Notes: generated by a model from the sequence alone, not told the origin. DNA of 64,000 nucleotides from an uncultured Acidobacteriota bacterium (GCA_963741135.1 CAVUHC010000001.1:3322-67321), one strand, 5' to 3'. Shown: positions 38,156 through 50,375, counted from the first letter of the stretch. Numbers and translations are program-made.

Positions 38156-39748
38156 ATGTCGACAGTGGCCAATACGGGGCCTGACGCGGGCGGAAGCGTG
38201 ACCAACGATCGCCGCCCGGCGACGATCGCGGTCGTCGATGACGATTCCGGCTTCGCGGGATACCTCCGCACCTTTCTCGCGCTTCGCGGGTACGAAGCGC
38301 GCGCCTATACGCGCGGCGACGAAATCGTCGCCGCGATCCGCCAGGGCGAGCCGCCCGACATCGTGCTGCTCGACGTCGCCATGCCCGGCATGGACGGCCT
38401 GCAGACGCTCAAGGCGCTCAAGGCGGCGCGCCCCGAGCTGCAGGTGATCATGCTGTCGGGCCGCGAGCAGGCGCAGACGATCGTCGAAGCCGTGCGCCTC
38501 GGCGCCGCCGACTACGTCGTCAAGCCGGACGATCCCGAGGGTCTCGGCGAGATCGCGCTCGACGCGGCGATCAAGCAGGCATTCGAGCGCAATCGCCTGG
38601 TCCACGAGCTGACCGACCTGCGCCGGCAGCTGAGCGACGATCAGAGCGACGCGTTCATCGGCTGGAGCGACAGCCCCGCCATGCGCCAGGTCGCGCTGAT
38701 CATCGAGCAGGTTGCCGACAGCGACGTGACCGTGCTCATTCGCGGCGAGAGCGGCGTCGGCAAGGAGCTGGTCGCGCGCGCGATTCACCAGCACTCGACG
38801 CGGAAGCAGCAAGCCGTTCGTGAAGGTCAACTGCGCGGCGCTGCCCGCCGAACTGCTCGAGAGCGAGCTGTTCGGCCACGAAAAGGGCGCGTTCACCGGC
38901 GCGGCGACCACGCGCATCGGCAAGTTCGAGCAGGCGCACCTCGGGAACGATCTTCCTCGACGAGATCGGCGAGATGAAGCCGCCGCTCCAGGCCAAGCTG
39001 CTCCACGTGCTGCAGGACGCGGAGTTCACCAAGCTTGGCAGCAACAAGAGGATCAACGTCGACGTCCGCGTGGTCACCGCCACCAACCGCGACCTCGAAG
39101 CAGATGCTGACGCGCGGCGAGTTCCGCGAGGATCTGTACTACCGCCTCAAGGTCATCGAGGCCTACGTACCGCCGCTGCGCGAGCGGCGTGACGAGATCC
39201 TGAAGCTCACCGACTTCTTCATCGCGAAGTACTCGCAGCGCTACAACCGTCCCGTGCGGACGCTCTCCGACGACCTGCGCGAGCAGTTTCCTGCACGTAC
39301 GAGTGGCCCGGCAACGTCCGCGAGCTCGAGAACATGATCAAGCGGTTCGTCATCCTGCAGGACGAACAGCTGGTATCGCGCGAGCTCAGCAAACCCCGCT
39401 TCGTGGCGCATCTGCCTCCGGTCGAGCCCGCGCCGCCGGCGCTATCACGCACCTCCGACACATGCCCCCGCGACGTACGGCACGCCGCCGTCCGCGGCCG
39501 CCGCGCCGCCGCCTGTCGACGAAGACGAGGATGACGATCGGCGACGATGTGGCACCGCCACCGAGCGCAGGATGGCCGCCGCCTCGTCCGACGTGGCACG
39601 CGAAGCGGCGCTCAACGCCGAGCGGACGGTGATCGCTGACACGCTGCGCCAGGTTCACTGGAATCGCCGCAAGGCGGCCCAGCTGCTTGGCGTCAGCTAC
39701 AAGACCCTGCTCAACAAAATCAAGGAAACAGGCATCGAGCGTCCCTAG
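38156..39748 (+). CDS. Sigma-54-dependent response regulator (NtrC family), split by several frameshifts
   Basis: Receiver domain, [33 protein letters not shown] and [23 protein letters not shown]. Confidence 0.88.
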
Positions 39749-39881
39749 TACGTAAGAGGCCGACCCAGGTCGGCCTTAAAAGAGGAACGCGCTTCCACAA
39801 TGACAGCGCGTTTCCACTTTCGCCCCTCGCCGATTTCCCTTTACCCCCGATCTTCCCTTCTGTTCCAACAATTTTCTGTTG

Positions 39882-39897
39882 TGGCATTTCGCTTGCT
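39882..39897 (+). promoter_or_regulatory. Sigma-54 (-24/-12) promoter
   Basis: TGGCATTTCGCTTGCT fits TGGCAC-N5-TTGCW; 53 nt upstream of the ATG at 39951. Confidence 0.75.
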
Positions 39898-39950
39898 CCA
39901 TGGACCCCCGTCCGGGAACAGCGGGACAGAAGGACAGGGGAACAGGGGTA

Positions 39951-41492
39951 ATGAGTCAGAAATCCCAGGTGCTGGTCGTCGACGACGATCTCGCGATGTG
40001 TGGCTTCCTCCGCACGTTCCTCGGCGCGCGCAGCTACAACGCGCTGACGGTGACGAACGCGGACGAGGCGGTGCGCCGCTTCCACGCCGAGCGCCCTGCC
40101 GCGGTGCTGCTCGACGTCGTGATGCCCGGCAGCATGGATGGCCTGGCTGCGCTCGCCGCGTTCAAGAAGATCGACAAGGACGTTCCGATCATCGTCATCT
40201 CGGGGCAGGGCCGCACGAGCGTCGTCGTCCAGGCCATGCGGCTCGGCGCCACCGATTTCCTCTGCAAGCCGTTCGAGGAGGACGAGCTCGAGGTGGTGCT
40301 CGACAAGGCGCTCAAGCAGCACCAGCTGACCCAGGAGGTCGCGACTCTTCGCGCGCAGCTCAAGGAGCAGTCGCGCTACACGATGCTGTTCGGCCACAGC
40401 CAGCCGATGACGGAAGTGCGCGATCTGATCGAGCGCGTCTCCGACACCGACGTCACCGTGCTCATTCGCGGCGAGAGCGGCGTGGGCAAGGAGCTGGTCG
40501 CGCGCGCGCTGCACGAGCAGTCGCTGCGCAAGGACAAGCCGTTCGTCAAGGTGAACTGCGCGGCGCTGCCGACCGAGCTGCTCGAGTCGGAGCTGTTCGG
40601 ATTCGAGAAGGGCGCGTTCACCGGCGCCATCCAGCACAAGCCGGGCAAGTTCGAGTTCGCGAACCACGGCACGATGTTCCTCGACGAAATCGGCGACATG
40701 AGCTTCCCGCTGCAGGCCAAGCTGCTGCAGGCGCTGCAGGACGGCGAGTTCTCGCGTCTTGGCGGCAAGGCCGACGTGCACGTCGACGTTCGCGTGATCA
40801 CGGCAACCAACTGCGACCTGGAATCGGCGGTGGCCTCGGGCAAGTTCCGCGAGGATCTCTACTACCGCCTCAACGTCGTCACGATCACGCATTCCGCCCC
40901 TGCGCGACCGTCGCGAAGAGATCCCGTGTCTGACCGATCACTTCCTGAAGAAGTATTCGGTGCAGTACAACAAGCCGTTCCCGCGGTATCAGCTCCGACC
41001 TCGCCGGCCTGTTCATGGAATACGACTGGCCCGGCAACGTCCGCCAGCTCGAAAACCTGGTCAAGCGGATGGTCGTCCTCGGCAGCGAAGCGCCGATCGT
41101 TCACGAGCTCCAGCAGCCCGTCGTGCAGTTCAACCACTGGCCGCACAACGCCCCGTCTTCCGCTCCGCGTCCGACCAGCCAGCCGCTGCAGCCGGTCATG
41201 CCTCCGCCGCCGCGGCGGCGGCCGCGCCGATCGCCGTCGCGTCCGCGCCTGCTGACGTCGGACCGCGCCACGGGCGCCCCGTCCGGAGAGCCCGCTGGCG
41301 CAAGCGCATCGGGAAACGTGTCGCTCAAGGACATCTCGCGCACCGCGGCGCGCGAGAGCCGAGCGCGAGCTGATCCTCCGCATGCTGACGCGGACCCGGT
41401 GGAATCGCAAGGAAGCGGCGGAGATCCTCGGCATCAGCTACAAAGCGCTGCTCTACAAGATCAAGGAAAACGGCCTGGATAAGGCCTCGTAG
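39951..41492 (+). CDS. Second sigma-54-dependent response regulator, frameshifted in the 3' part
   Basis: Receiver domain, [30 protein letters not shown] and HTH WNRKEAAEILGISYKALLYK. Confidence 0.9.
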
Positions 41493-41493
41493 G

Positions 41494-41975
41494 ATGGCGC
41501 GACGCATTTTTCGAAGACGAGCTCGCGCCTGCTCACGCCGCACGCGTTTGAGTTCGTCCTCGACGGCGAGATGAAGCGCGCGGTGCGTTCGCAGAACTAC
41601 CTGACACTCGTCGTGCTCGAGACACGTCGCGAATGGGACGGGATGACGATGACGGCCGACGATGGGACGATCGATGAAGTCGCGAAGATCGTCGGCCACG
41701 AGGTGCGCGATACCGACCTGATCGGCAACACCGAGACCGGCGTACTGTCGCTCGTGCTGCTCGACGCCGACTACGACAACTGCACCAAGGTGATCGATCG
41801 CCTCGTCCAGCGCATCGACAACTACGACTTCGCAAGGCCGCTCCGCATCTCCGTTGGCGCGGCGTGCTATCCGACGCACGCCGTTGACGTCGACTCGCTG
41901 AAGCATCGCGCCATGGCACATCCCGTCGTCAACTGGCGCGGCGGCGAGCCAGATTCACCACGCATCCGCCACTAG
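41494..41975 (+). CDS. Stand-alone degenerate GGDEF-domain protein, with a probable indel near the start
   Basis: E.KRAVR....LTLVVL, VRDTDLIG and LRISVGAACYP; GGDEF position reads TETGV. Confidence 0.7.
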
Positions 41976-42284
41976 GCATCCAATGTCAGGGCCGGCGATC
42001 TCCCGATCGATCAATCGATCGGGCGACTCAGACTCCGTGGCTCGCACTTCATCCGTTTCCAGACCGCACCGCTGTGTCGTCGGCCGGCTCGTGCGCGATC
42101 GAGAAGGGAAGTTTCTTGCCCATCGCGCGCGGGAGAGTGGCGACGGAGAGGCGTGAACGCCCTGAAAAGTGCGTCGAGGAGGACTTTTTGGAAGTGCGAT
42201 GGCCAGAAAGGTGAAAGCCGTGCTCAGGGAAAAATGTGAACAGTTATTGCACTTCAGCCGCGACGTGAGTGAGCGGTTAACGAG

Positions 42285-43475
42285 GTGCCGGACATGAGAG
42301 CCGCAGCCGTCACGACGTTGTTCATCGCCGCCATCGTGTTCCAGGCGGTCGGCGCTGCGGCCCAGTCGCACGTTGAGGCGGTGCCGTCGTTGACGATCGG
42401 CAGCTTCTACGACGACAACCTGTTCGCACAGACGCAAGGCGACGCGGGACACATGCTGACGTTGAGGCCCGGCCTGGGCACGGCGATCGACACCCCACGT
42501 TTGAGTCTGTCGAGCCTGTTCACGTTCGACGCGCAACGCTCCAACCATCGCGACCTCACGATGATCGACGCGCGGCGTCACGGCGACGCCAGGCTGCTGT
42601 ATCGGACCACCCACGCGACGACCGTCGGTCTCATGGCCCAGTACGACCGGACGGAAACGCCAGGCGAGATCAACATCGGGACCGGCATCCTGACCGACCG
42701 CCGGCAGGCACAGCGGTGGGAGGTGTCGCCGAACTTCGCCCACACATTCGGCCCCCACACGAGTATCACGGGCTCATATGACTGGATGGCCGAAAGTCTC
42801 GTGGACAACGGCACCGGACGTATGCAGGTCGTCCGCATGGGCCTATCGCAAATCTATACCGCCCGTTCGGCGGTAACCGGGTGGGTACTGGCGCGGCATT
42901 TCGCCGATCCGAGCGACGCCACCAACGGCAGTGACTCCGTTGCGGTGCTTGCCGGCTGGGATCACCAGTTGTCGCCGGGCTCGCGGTTCTCGATCCAGGC
43001 GGGGCCGCGCGTCTCCTCGTACCGCGGCCTGCTGCCGGAGGTGATGGCAAGTCTGATGCGCGACACACCGCGGCTCACAGTCGGCGTCGACTACGCCCAC
43101 AGCGAAACGATTATCCTCGGCATCCGCGGACCGGTCACCTATAACGGCGGCGGCGCGCGCATCACGTTTCCGTTCCGCCGCACGATCGAAATCAGCAGCC
43201 ACTCCGCGGCAACGGCGATTGACACGCTCGACGCGCATCGCCTCACGTCCTATCGCCAGACGTTCATCACGTCGTGGACACCCGGCGGTCTCTATACCTT
43301 CAACGCCTCCTACGGCGTCGACTTCCAGCAGGGAAACATCCGGCGCAACGTCTTCACCGCTGCCGACGTCTGGCGGCATGTGTTTGGCGTAGGTGTCACC
43401 GTGGCTCCTCGATACAGCCGTTCCATCAAGGGGCCGGACGATCCGGCCGTACGCGCGAAAGGGGTATTGCAATGA
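42285..43475 (+). CDS. Outer-membrane beta-barrel associated with polysaccharide export
   Basis: Signal peptide, YDDNLF and alternating beta strands; directly upstream of wza. Confidence 0.65.
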   Translation: MPDMRAAAVTTLFIAAIVFQAVGAAAQSHVEAVPSLTIGSFYDDNLFAQTQGDAGHMLTLRPGLGTAIDTPRLSLSSLFTFDAQRSNHRDLTMIDARRHGDARLLYRTTHATTVGLMAQYDRTETPGEINIGTGILTDRRQAQRWEVSPNFAHTFGPHTSITGSYDWMAESLVDNGTGRMQVVRMGLSQIYTARSAVTGWVLARHFADPSDATNGSDSVAVLAGWDHQLSPGSRFSIQAGPRVSSYRGLLPEVMASLMRDTPRLTVGVDYAHSETIILGIRGPVTYNGGGARITFPFRRTIEISSHSAATAIDTLDAHRLTSYRQTFITSWTPGGLYTFNASYGVDFQQGNIRRNVFTAADVWRHVFGVGVTVAPRYSRSIKGPDDPAVRAKGVLQ

Positions 43476-44197
43476 TCAGCCGTCTTCCAGTTCTTGTTCT
43501 CTCGGCCGTGTGCGTCGCGTCACTCGCGCACGCCCAGGAGGCGCCGCCTGGACTACCGTCGGCGGCGGAGGTGACCGCGACAACGGCGGCGGCCGCAACC
43601 GCCGCGGCGGCAACACCCGCGGTGGAAGCGGCAACTGCACCCGCAGCGCCGGCGCCCAGCCCCGCTCCGCGCATCGCACCGGTGGTCCGCAGCGCCAACG
43701 CGGTCGACATGTCGAAGGAGTATCTGATCGGACCCGAAGACGTCCTCGACATCACGGTGTGGAAGAACTGCCCGGACTTGTGCCGCACGGTGCCGGTCAG
43801 GCCCGACGGCAAGATGTCGCTGCCGCTCGTCAACGACGTTCAGGCGGCGGGGTTGACGCCGATGGATCTGCGTCAGCACCTCACCCAGCAGCTCGCCGAA
43901 TACCTGCCGTCTCCCGAAGTCTCGGTCATCGTGCGCGAGGTGCACAACTTCAAGGTGGCGGTGGTCGGCTCGGTGAAAATGCCGGGCGACTATGAGATCA
44001 AGAGCCAGGCAACGGTACTCGAGCTGCTGGCGCGGGCGCAGGGACTGACCGAATTCGCCAACCGCGATCGCATCGTCATTTTGCGCCAGAGCGGTTCGGC
44101 GACCACGCGCATCCCGTTCAACTACCGCAAGGTCGCTGAAGGCAACGACCAGGACAATTTCTACGTCCGGGCCGGCGACATCATCGTGGTTCCGTAG
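43472..44197 (+). CDS. wza: OPX/Wza polysaccharide export protein
   Basis: YLIGPEDVLDITVW, VRPDGKMSLPLVNDVQAAGLT, SLBB domain and GDIIVVP. Confidence 0.88.
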   Translation: MISRLPVLVLSAVCVASLAHAQEAPPGLPSAAEVTATTAAAATAAAATPAVEAATAPAAPAPSPAPRIAPVVRSANAVDMSKEYLIGPEDVLDITVWKNCPDLCRTVPVRPDGKMSLPLVNDVQAAGLTPMDLRQHLTQQLAEYLPSPEVSVIVREVHNFKVAVVGSVKMPGDYEIKSQATVLELLARAQGLTEFANRDRIVILRQSGSATTRIPFNYRKVAEGNDQDNFYVRAGDIIVVP

Positions 44198-44209
44198 GAG
44201 AGGATTGCA

Positions 44210-45830
44210 ATGGCCCGTGACCTGCTCGCATCCAACGCTGACGACTCGCTGGCGCTCCGTGCGCTCGACATCCTCCGCCGCCGGCGGACCCTCGCGTTAA
44301 CGGCATTCGCGTCCGTGGCTGCGGCGGTGATTTCCATTCGCCGTCTATCTACCGGACCTGTATCGCGCGCAGGCACTCGTGCTGGTCGAACGGCCAGTGG
44401 ACGAATCATTCATCCGCCAGTCGGTCAGCGGTGAGCTGGAGAGCCGTCTGCACATCATCAAGCAGGAAATTCTCAGCCGCGATCGGCTCATGACCCTGAT
44501 CACACGGTTCAACCTGTATCCAAAGCTGCGCGAGAAGGGGTCCATCGAGGATGCGCTCAACCAGATGCGCACCGACGTCGAGGTCAATCCGTCTGGACCC
44601 GAACAGGTCAACGGCAAGACCAAGACGGTGTCGTTCACGCTGAATTACACGGGCGCGTCCGCGAAGGGCGTCGCGGAGGTCACGAACGCCATCGCCTCCT
44701 TCTACGTGCAGCAGAACGACGAGATGCGGTCGAGCGAGGCGCTCGGCACATCACAGTTTCTGCGCGAGCAGCTCGGGCAGGCGAAACGGCAGCTGGATCA
44801 GCAGGAAGCAGCCGTGACGCGGTACACGACGCGATACACCGGACAGCTGCCGCAGCAGGTGGGCGTCAACCTCGCGACCCTCGAACGGATGAATACGCAA
44901 CTGCGGCTGAATGGCGAGCAGCAGATCCGCCTGATCGAGCAGCGCGAAAAGCTGTTCGACGGCCTGCGCGACACCAGCGTCATCGCGCGCGCGGAGAACG
45001 CTGACGCCTCCCCGCAGACGATCGAGCGTCTGAAGCAGCTCGACAAGCTGAAGCAGGACCTCGCGCAACTGGAAACGAAAGTCACCAGCAAGCACCCCGA
45101 CGTGCTGCGCCTCAAGGAGCAGATTGCATCGCTCGAGCGCGAGCAGGCGCAGGCGGAGGCCGCGGAGAAACAGAAGAGCGAGGCCGCCCTGGCCGCGGCG
45201 CTCGCCGGGCACGCCGCCGACGAGGACTCCAAGGCGCCGCGCCGCCGCACAATCGAGAGTCTCGACGGGGAGCTGGCGAAGCTCAAGGAAGAAGAAACGG
45301 CGATCCGCGCAACGATCGCCTCGTTCGAGCAGCGGCTCGAGGGCGCGCCGGAACGCGAACAGGAATTCGCGCTCGTCACGCGCGATCGCCAGGCGGCGAA
45401 AGATCTCTATGACTCACTGCTGAAGCGCTACGACGAGGCGAAGCTCGCGGCCAGTGTTGAAACCGATCGCCAGGGCGAGCGGTTCCGCGTGCTCGAGCCC
45501 GCGCTGCCACCTGAAGGCCCAACCGCGCCGAACCGCATCCGCCTGATCATCATGGGCATCCTGCTCGCCTTCGCCGCGGCCGTCGCGGTCGTCATGGCCG
45601 CCGAACAGTTCGATACCTCGTTCCACGGCATCGACGAGGTGCGCGACTTCACGAACGTGCCCGTTCTCGTCTCGATTCCGCCCATCGGTCCGACGCCACT
45701 CCGGCGCCGCCTGGTCGTCGGGCTCGCCACCGTCTCCGCGATTGCGATGATTGCCCTCATCGCTACGCTCTCCGCCTACTTTGCCCAGGGCAACGATCAG
45801 TTGGCCCGCATCATCGAGCGCGCCGGTTAG
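44210..45830 (+). CDS. Polysaccharide co-polymerase (Wzc/GumC membrane and periplasmic part), frameshift near 44340
   Basis: N-terminal TM, coiled coil, HPDVLRL and QGERFRVLEPA..P..P..PNR followed by a TM helix. Confidence 0.85.
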
Positions 45831-45848
45831 GCCGCCAGGATATCTGTC

Positions 45849-46577
45849 ATGGCTCATAGAGATAAAAGACTCGACTCGCATCTGGTGACGCTGACCTCGC
45901 CGGGCTCGTTCGCGGCGGAACAGTACCAAGGCCTGCGCCTCACGATTGAACGCCTCGGCCGCAACCGCACGCTGCAGGTGATCGCGGTCACCAGCCCGGC
46001 AGCGGGCGAGGGCAAGACGTTGACGGCCATCAATCTGGCCGGCGCGCTCGCGCGGGGATCCGACAACGCGCGCGTCCTGCTGATCGACGCCGATCTGCGC
46101 CGGCCCGCGGTCGCGCGGCAGCTCGCCATGGAGGACGGCGGTGGAGGGCTGGCCGAAGTTGTCAGCAACGCCGCCGCCACGCTCGACGGCGTCACGCAGA
46201 GGCTCGCCACCCACAACCTGTCGGTCATTCCCGCAGGGACGCGGAGCGGCGCCGTGCACCACATTCTGCGTTCGCCGCGGCTCGATCAGGTACTGGCGGA
46301 GGCGCGCCGGCGCTACGACTTCATCGTGCTCGACACTCCCCCGCTTCTGCCGGTGTTCGACTCGGCGCTGCTGGCGAACTCCGTGGACGGCGTGTTGATG
46401 GTCGTCGCGGCCAACCAGACGCCACGCAAGCTGCTGGGTGAGGCGCTCAACATGCTCGATCCGGCCAAAGTGCTCGGCATCGTCTTCAACCGCGACGCAC
46501 GGCCGATGTTCGGCTACTACAACGCCTACTACAAGGACTACTTCCCCGACGTGTCCCGAGTGGCGACCGGAGCCTGA
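45849..46577 (+). CDS. CpsD/CapB-family BY-kinase
   Basis: GEGKT, LLIDADLRRP, VLDTPP and C-terminal Tyr cluster GYYNAYYKDY. Confidence 0.9.
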   Translation: MAHRDKRLDSHLVTLTSPGSFAAEQYQGLRLTIERLGRNRTLQVIAVTSPAAGEGKTLTAINLAGALARGSDNARVLLIDADLRRPAVARQLAMEDGGGGLAEVVSNAAATLDGVTQRLATHNLSVIPAGTRSGAVHHILRSPRLDQVLAEARRRYDFIVLDTPPLLPVFDSALLANSVDGVLMVVAANQTPRKLLGEALNMLDPAKVLGIVFNRDARPMFGYYNAYYKDYFPDVSRVATGA

Positions 46578-46600
46578 AGCGTACGTTCCAGGGCCCCCCC

Positions 46601-47859
46601 ATGGTGACCACACTTCCGGCGGCAATCGAAATCGCTCCCATCGTGCTCTTCGGCTGGCACGTGGCGGCGAGCGGACTACAGGTGCTGATCGGCGCGCTCG
46701 TGGTGGCGGCGGTGTTCGCAACCATCCGCCACATGACACGTGGCATGCGCGAGAAGTCGCGCCGCGTGCTGATTCTCGGATCGGGGCCGCTGGCCGCAAC
46801 CCTCATCGAGGAGATCGAGTCAGCGGGCAGCCCGCGGTACTGCGTGGCAGGCACCGTCGACCTCCTCATGCCCAACTCGGATTCACCCGAGCGTGCGCGG
46901 TGGCTTGGTCCGTCAGATCGCCTGAGGGAGATTGTCGAGCAGGTGCATCCGGCAATCATCGTCGTCGCAGTCGCCGATCGCCGCGAAGGACTGCCGTTGC
47001 AGTCGCTGCTCGAAGCGCGCGTGGGCGGCATCATCGTCGAGGATGCGCTCGAGTTCTCCGAGCGATTGATGGGCAAGATGGCAATCGAAGCGCTGCGACC
47101 GAGCATGCTGATCCTCGGCGAAGGGTTTCCGAAACCACGGCTGCGGCCGACCTCACCGCGCGCGTGGTCAGCATTGTCGGCGCCGCCATCGGCCTCGTGC
47201 TGTGTGCCCCGCTCCTCGTGGCGATCGGGATCGCCGTGAAGCTCGATTCGCGCGGGCCGATGTTCTTCATCCAGCGGCGCGCCGGCAGGAATGGCAAGCC
47301 ATTCGGCCTCCGGAAGTTCCGGACCATGCGTCCGTGCGACGAGCCGACATCCGAGTGGGTGTCCGACAACGTCGGGCGGATCACGCGCCTGGGTCACTAC
47401 CTGCGTCGCTTCCGGCTGGACGAGCTGCCGCAGCTGGTCAACGTCCTGCGCGGCGACATGAATCTGGTGGGGCCGCGGCCGCACCCGGTCACCAATCAGG
47501 TCGTCTTCATGGAACGAATCGCCTACTACGGACTGCGTTCCACCGTTCGTCCCGGCGTAACCGGGTGGGCCCAGATCCGGTACGGCTACGCGAACAATCT
47601 TGAAGAAGAAACGGAAAAGATGCGGTACGACCTGTACTACATCAAGAACCGGTCGCTCTGGCTCGACCTCCGGATCATGGTCGAGACTGTCGGGACCATC
47701 CTGTTCGGCAAGGGCGCGACCGAGGTCAGGCGTCGCCGCGCCCCACTCCGGCCCCAGGTCACGTGGACGACGTCCCGCACGCGTGCCGAGAGCGTCTATA
47801 TGCCGTGGCTGCCGGGGTCGACTCCGACCCCTGCCCGGCCAGCTGCAGGGCGACAGTGA
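46601..47859 (+). CDS. Priming polyprenyl-phosphate sugar transferase, frameshift near 47130
   Basis: KFRTM, RLDELPQLVNVLRGDMNLVGPRP, RPGVTGWAQ and YDLYYIKN. Confidence 0.9.
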
Positions 47860-49204
47860 ATACGATCGCCGCTCCTTTGAACGCCGGGGCGACGTGGTGG
47901 AGGCCGCGGTCCGCAGCGCGCCGCGTACCAGCCAGCCTCACAGGAAGCCGCACGGCGTTTCTTGCGCTGGTCTTCTTCACATGCGTGCTGCTCCTGTCTC
48001 CGCAGGCATGGTTTCCGATTCTCAAAGTGATCCGGATCGCGTTTCTCGCCGCCGGTGTCGCGATGGCGGCCCACGTTTTCGAGCGCACGGCCCACAAGCA
48101 GCCGATTACCCCGATGGCGCCGGAAATCGGCATCGCGCTCGCGCTCGTCGCGTGGTCGGTGATTACGATTCCGCTCTCCGTCTGGCCGACCGGGAGCATG
48201 AGGCTTCTCACCGACCAATATCTGAAAGCGATCGCCTTTTTCTGGTTGCTCGCCACGATCATCACGACGCCGACACGTCTGCGCGCGATCGTCTGGGCGC
48301 TGGTGCTGTGCTCGATCCCGCTTGCGGGCACAGGCATCTGGCACTACTTCTCCGGCGCCGTCATGTCGACCGGCGTCCAGGGCCTGGTGCGCATCGTCGG
48401 CTACCAGGGCAGCTCGGGGCTGACGGGGAATCCCAATGACCTGGCGTTGATGCTGAACCTGATCATCCCGCTCGCTGGCGCGCTGGCGCTCAGCTCGCGC
48501 GGGATCCCACGACTGATCGCCACCGGCGCACTGCTCCTGAGCGCCGCTGCGGTGATCATGACGTTCTCACGCGCGGGCTTTCTTGCACTGGCGGCCATCT
48601 TCATCATGTTCATCGCGGTGCTGGCGAGACGAAAGTCCGGAGGGGCCGCCATTGCCCTCGTTCGTCGTCGCGCTCTGCGTACCCGCGATGCTCCCTCAGA
48701 CATATCTCGATCGACTGAGCACGATCACGAACATGAACGAGGACAAGACTGGATCGGCACAGGGGCGCTATCAGGACTTGTACATCGCCGTCGACGTGGT
48801 GGAGCGCAATCCGATCATCGGCGTGGGGCTTGGCCAGGACATCATCGCGCTCAACCAGGCGCGCGGCCGGTCGACCTGGCGGTCGGTGCACAACGCCTAT
48901 CTGCAGTACGCGGTCGATCTGGGCGTGCCGGGATTCCTGCTCTTCGCCTGGCTGCACCTGCTGTGCTTCCGCAGCGCCCGCGCCGTGGAAAAGCGCGCGA
49001 TGCGTGACCCGGCGCTCGAGGAGCTGGCTCCGCTCGCGACCGGTGTGCAGGTCTCCCTCGGCGCCTTCTTCGTTGCCGCGATGTTCCATCCAATCGCGTA
49101 TCAGTTCTATTTCTTCAGCATCGCGGGATTGGCCGTGGCGCTCAAGAACACCGTACGCGCAGAGATTGCTCGGGGGCGCGTGCTTATCGGCTGTCGAATC
49201 GTGA
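47856..49204 (+). CDS. O-antigen ligase / Wzy-family polymerase, frameshift near 48660
   Basis: GNPNDLA, TFSRAGFL, PIIGVGLG and VHNAYLQYAVDLGVPG. Confidence 0.85.
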
Positions 49205-50364
49205 CGACCGCACGCGTGTTGAACGTCGTGCCGACCCTGATGTGCGGCGGCACAGAGGGCCAGTTCATGACACTCGGACGACAGCTCGATCGCACCAGGT
49301 TTGACCTGGAGTTTGCGTGTCTGCGGCGGTGGGGGCCGTTCGTCGATGAGCTCGTCGAGCGGCGGATCCCGCTCACCGAGTACCAGGTCTCGACCTTCCG
49401 CAGCGTGAACGCTCTGGCGCAGCAGGCCAGGCTCGCGCGGCATATCACGAGGCGTGGCATCCAGATCGTGCACGCGTACAACTTCTACGGCAACGTATTC
49501 GCCATCCCGCCCGCGCGGCTCGTAGCACCGGTCGTCATCGCGTCCATTCGCGACCGCGCCCCGTACCTGACCCCGATGCAGAAGCGTGTGCAGCGGTACG
49601 CTTGCCACTTCGCGGACCGCATCCTCGTGAATGCCGACGCCGTGAAGGAGTGGCTCGTCAACGACGGCTACGACCCCGCGAAGATCGTCGTGATCCGCAA
49701 CGGCGTGGATCTGACCCGATTCGACGCGACTCCCGAGCCCGGGCGGCTTCGCCGCGAGTTGGGTCTGGCCGACGGCACACCACTCGTCGCGGTCGTGTCG
49801 CGACTCACGAGACTGAAGGGTCTCGAGTATTTCCTGGAAGCCGCAGCGATCGTCAGCGCCCGCATTCCTGATGCGCGGTTCCTGATCGTCGGTGAGACGA
49901 GCCCGGTGGACCGCGACTATCTCGGTGAGCTCGAGCGGTTCGCCGCTCGTGTGGGCGTCGCCGACCGCGTGATCTTCACGGGGCTGCGGACCGACGTGCC
50001 CACGCTGCTTGCCAGCGTCAACGTGTCGGTGATGCCCTCGCTGAACGAGGCGCTGTCGAATGTGCTCCTCGAATCAATGGCTGCAGGCGCTCCAACCGTC
50101 GCGACGCGTGTCGGCGGGACCCCAGAAGCGTTGATCGACGGCGTCACCGGTCTGCTCGTGCCGGCAGGGGACGCCGATGCGATCGCGACCGCCATCATGC
50201 GGATGCTGAACGACGACGCCATGGCCGCTCGAATGGGACACTCGGCACGTCAGCGGATTGCGGAGATGTTCTCCGTCAAGCGGATGGTGCGCGCCACCGA
50301 AGACATCTACCTCGAACTTCTGGACCGGAAGCAGCGCAAGCGGCTTCCGTCAGCAGCATGTTAG
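49201..50364 (+). CDS. GT4 glycosyltransferase
   Basis: GGTEGQ, IRNGVD and EALSNVLLESMAAGAPTVATRVGG. Confidence 0.9.
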   Translation: MTTARVLNVVPTLMCGGTEGQFMTLGRQLDRTRFDLEFACLRRWGPFVDELVERRIPLTEYQVSTFRSVNALAQQARLARHITRRGIQIVHAYNFYGNVFAIPPARLVAPVVIASIRDRAPYLTPMQKRVQRYACHFADRILVNADAVKEWLVNDGYDPAKIVVIRNGVDLTRFDATPEPGRLRRELGLADGTPLVAVVSRLTRLKGLEYFLEAAAIVSARIPDARFLIVGETSPVDRDYLGELERFAARVGVADRVIFTGLRTDVPTLLASVNVSVMPSLNEALSNVLLESMAAGAPTVATRVGGTPEALIDGVTGLLVPAGDADAIATAIMRMLNDDAMAARMGHSARQRIAEMFSVKRMVRATEDIYLELLDRKQRKRLPSAAC

Positions 50365-50375
50365 GCACTCGTCCA

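Noticed and set aside
48583-50364. O-antigen ligase-GT4 fusion ORF
   Set aside because: A GTGA start/stop overlap at 49201-49204 indicates two genes joined by an indel
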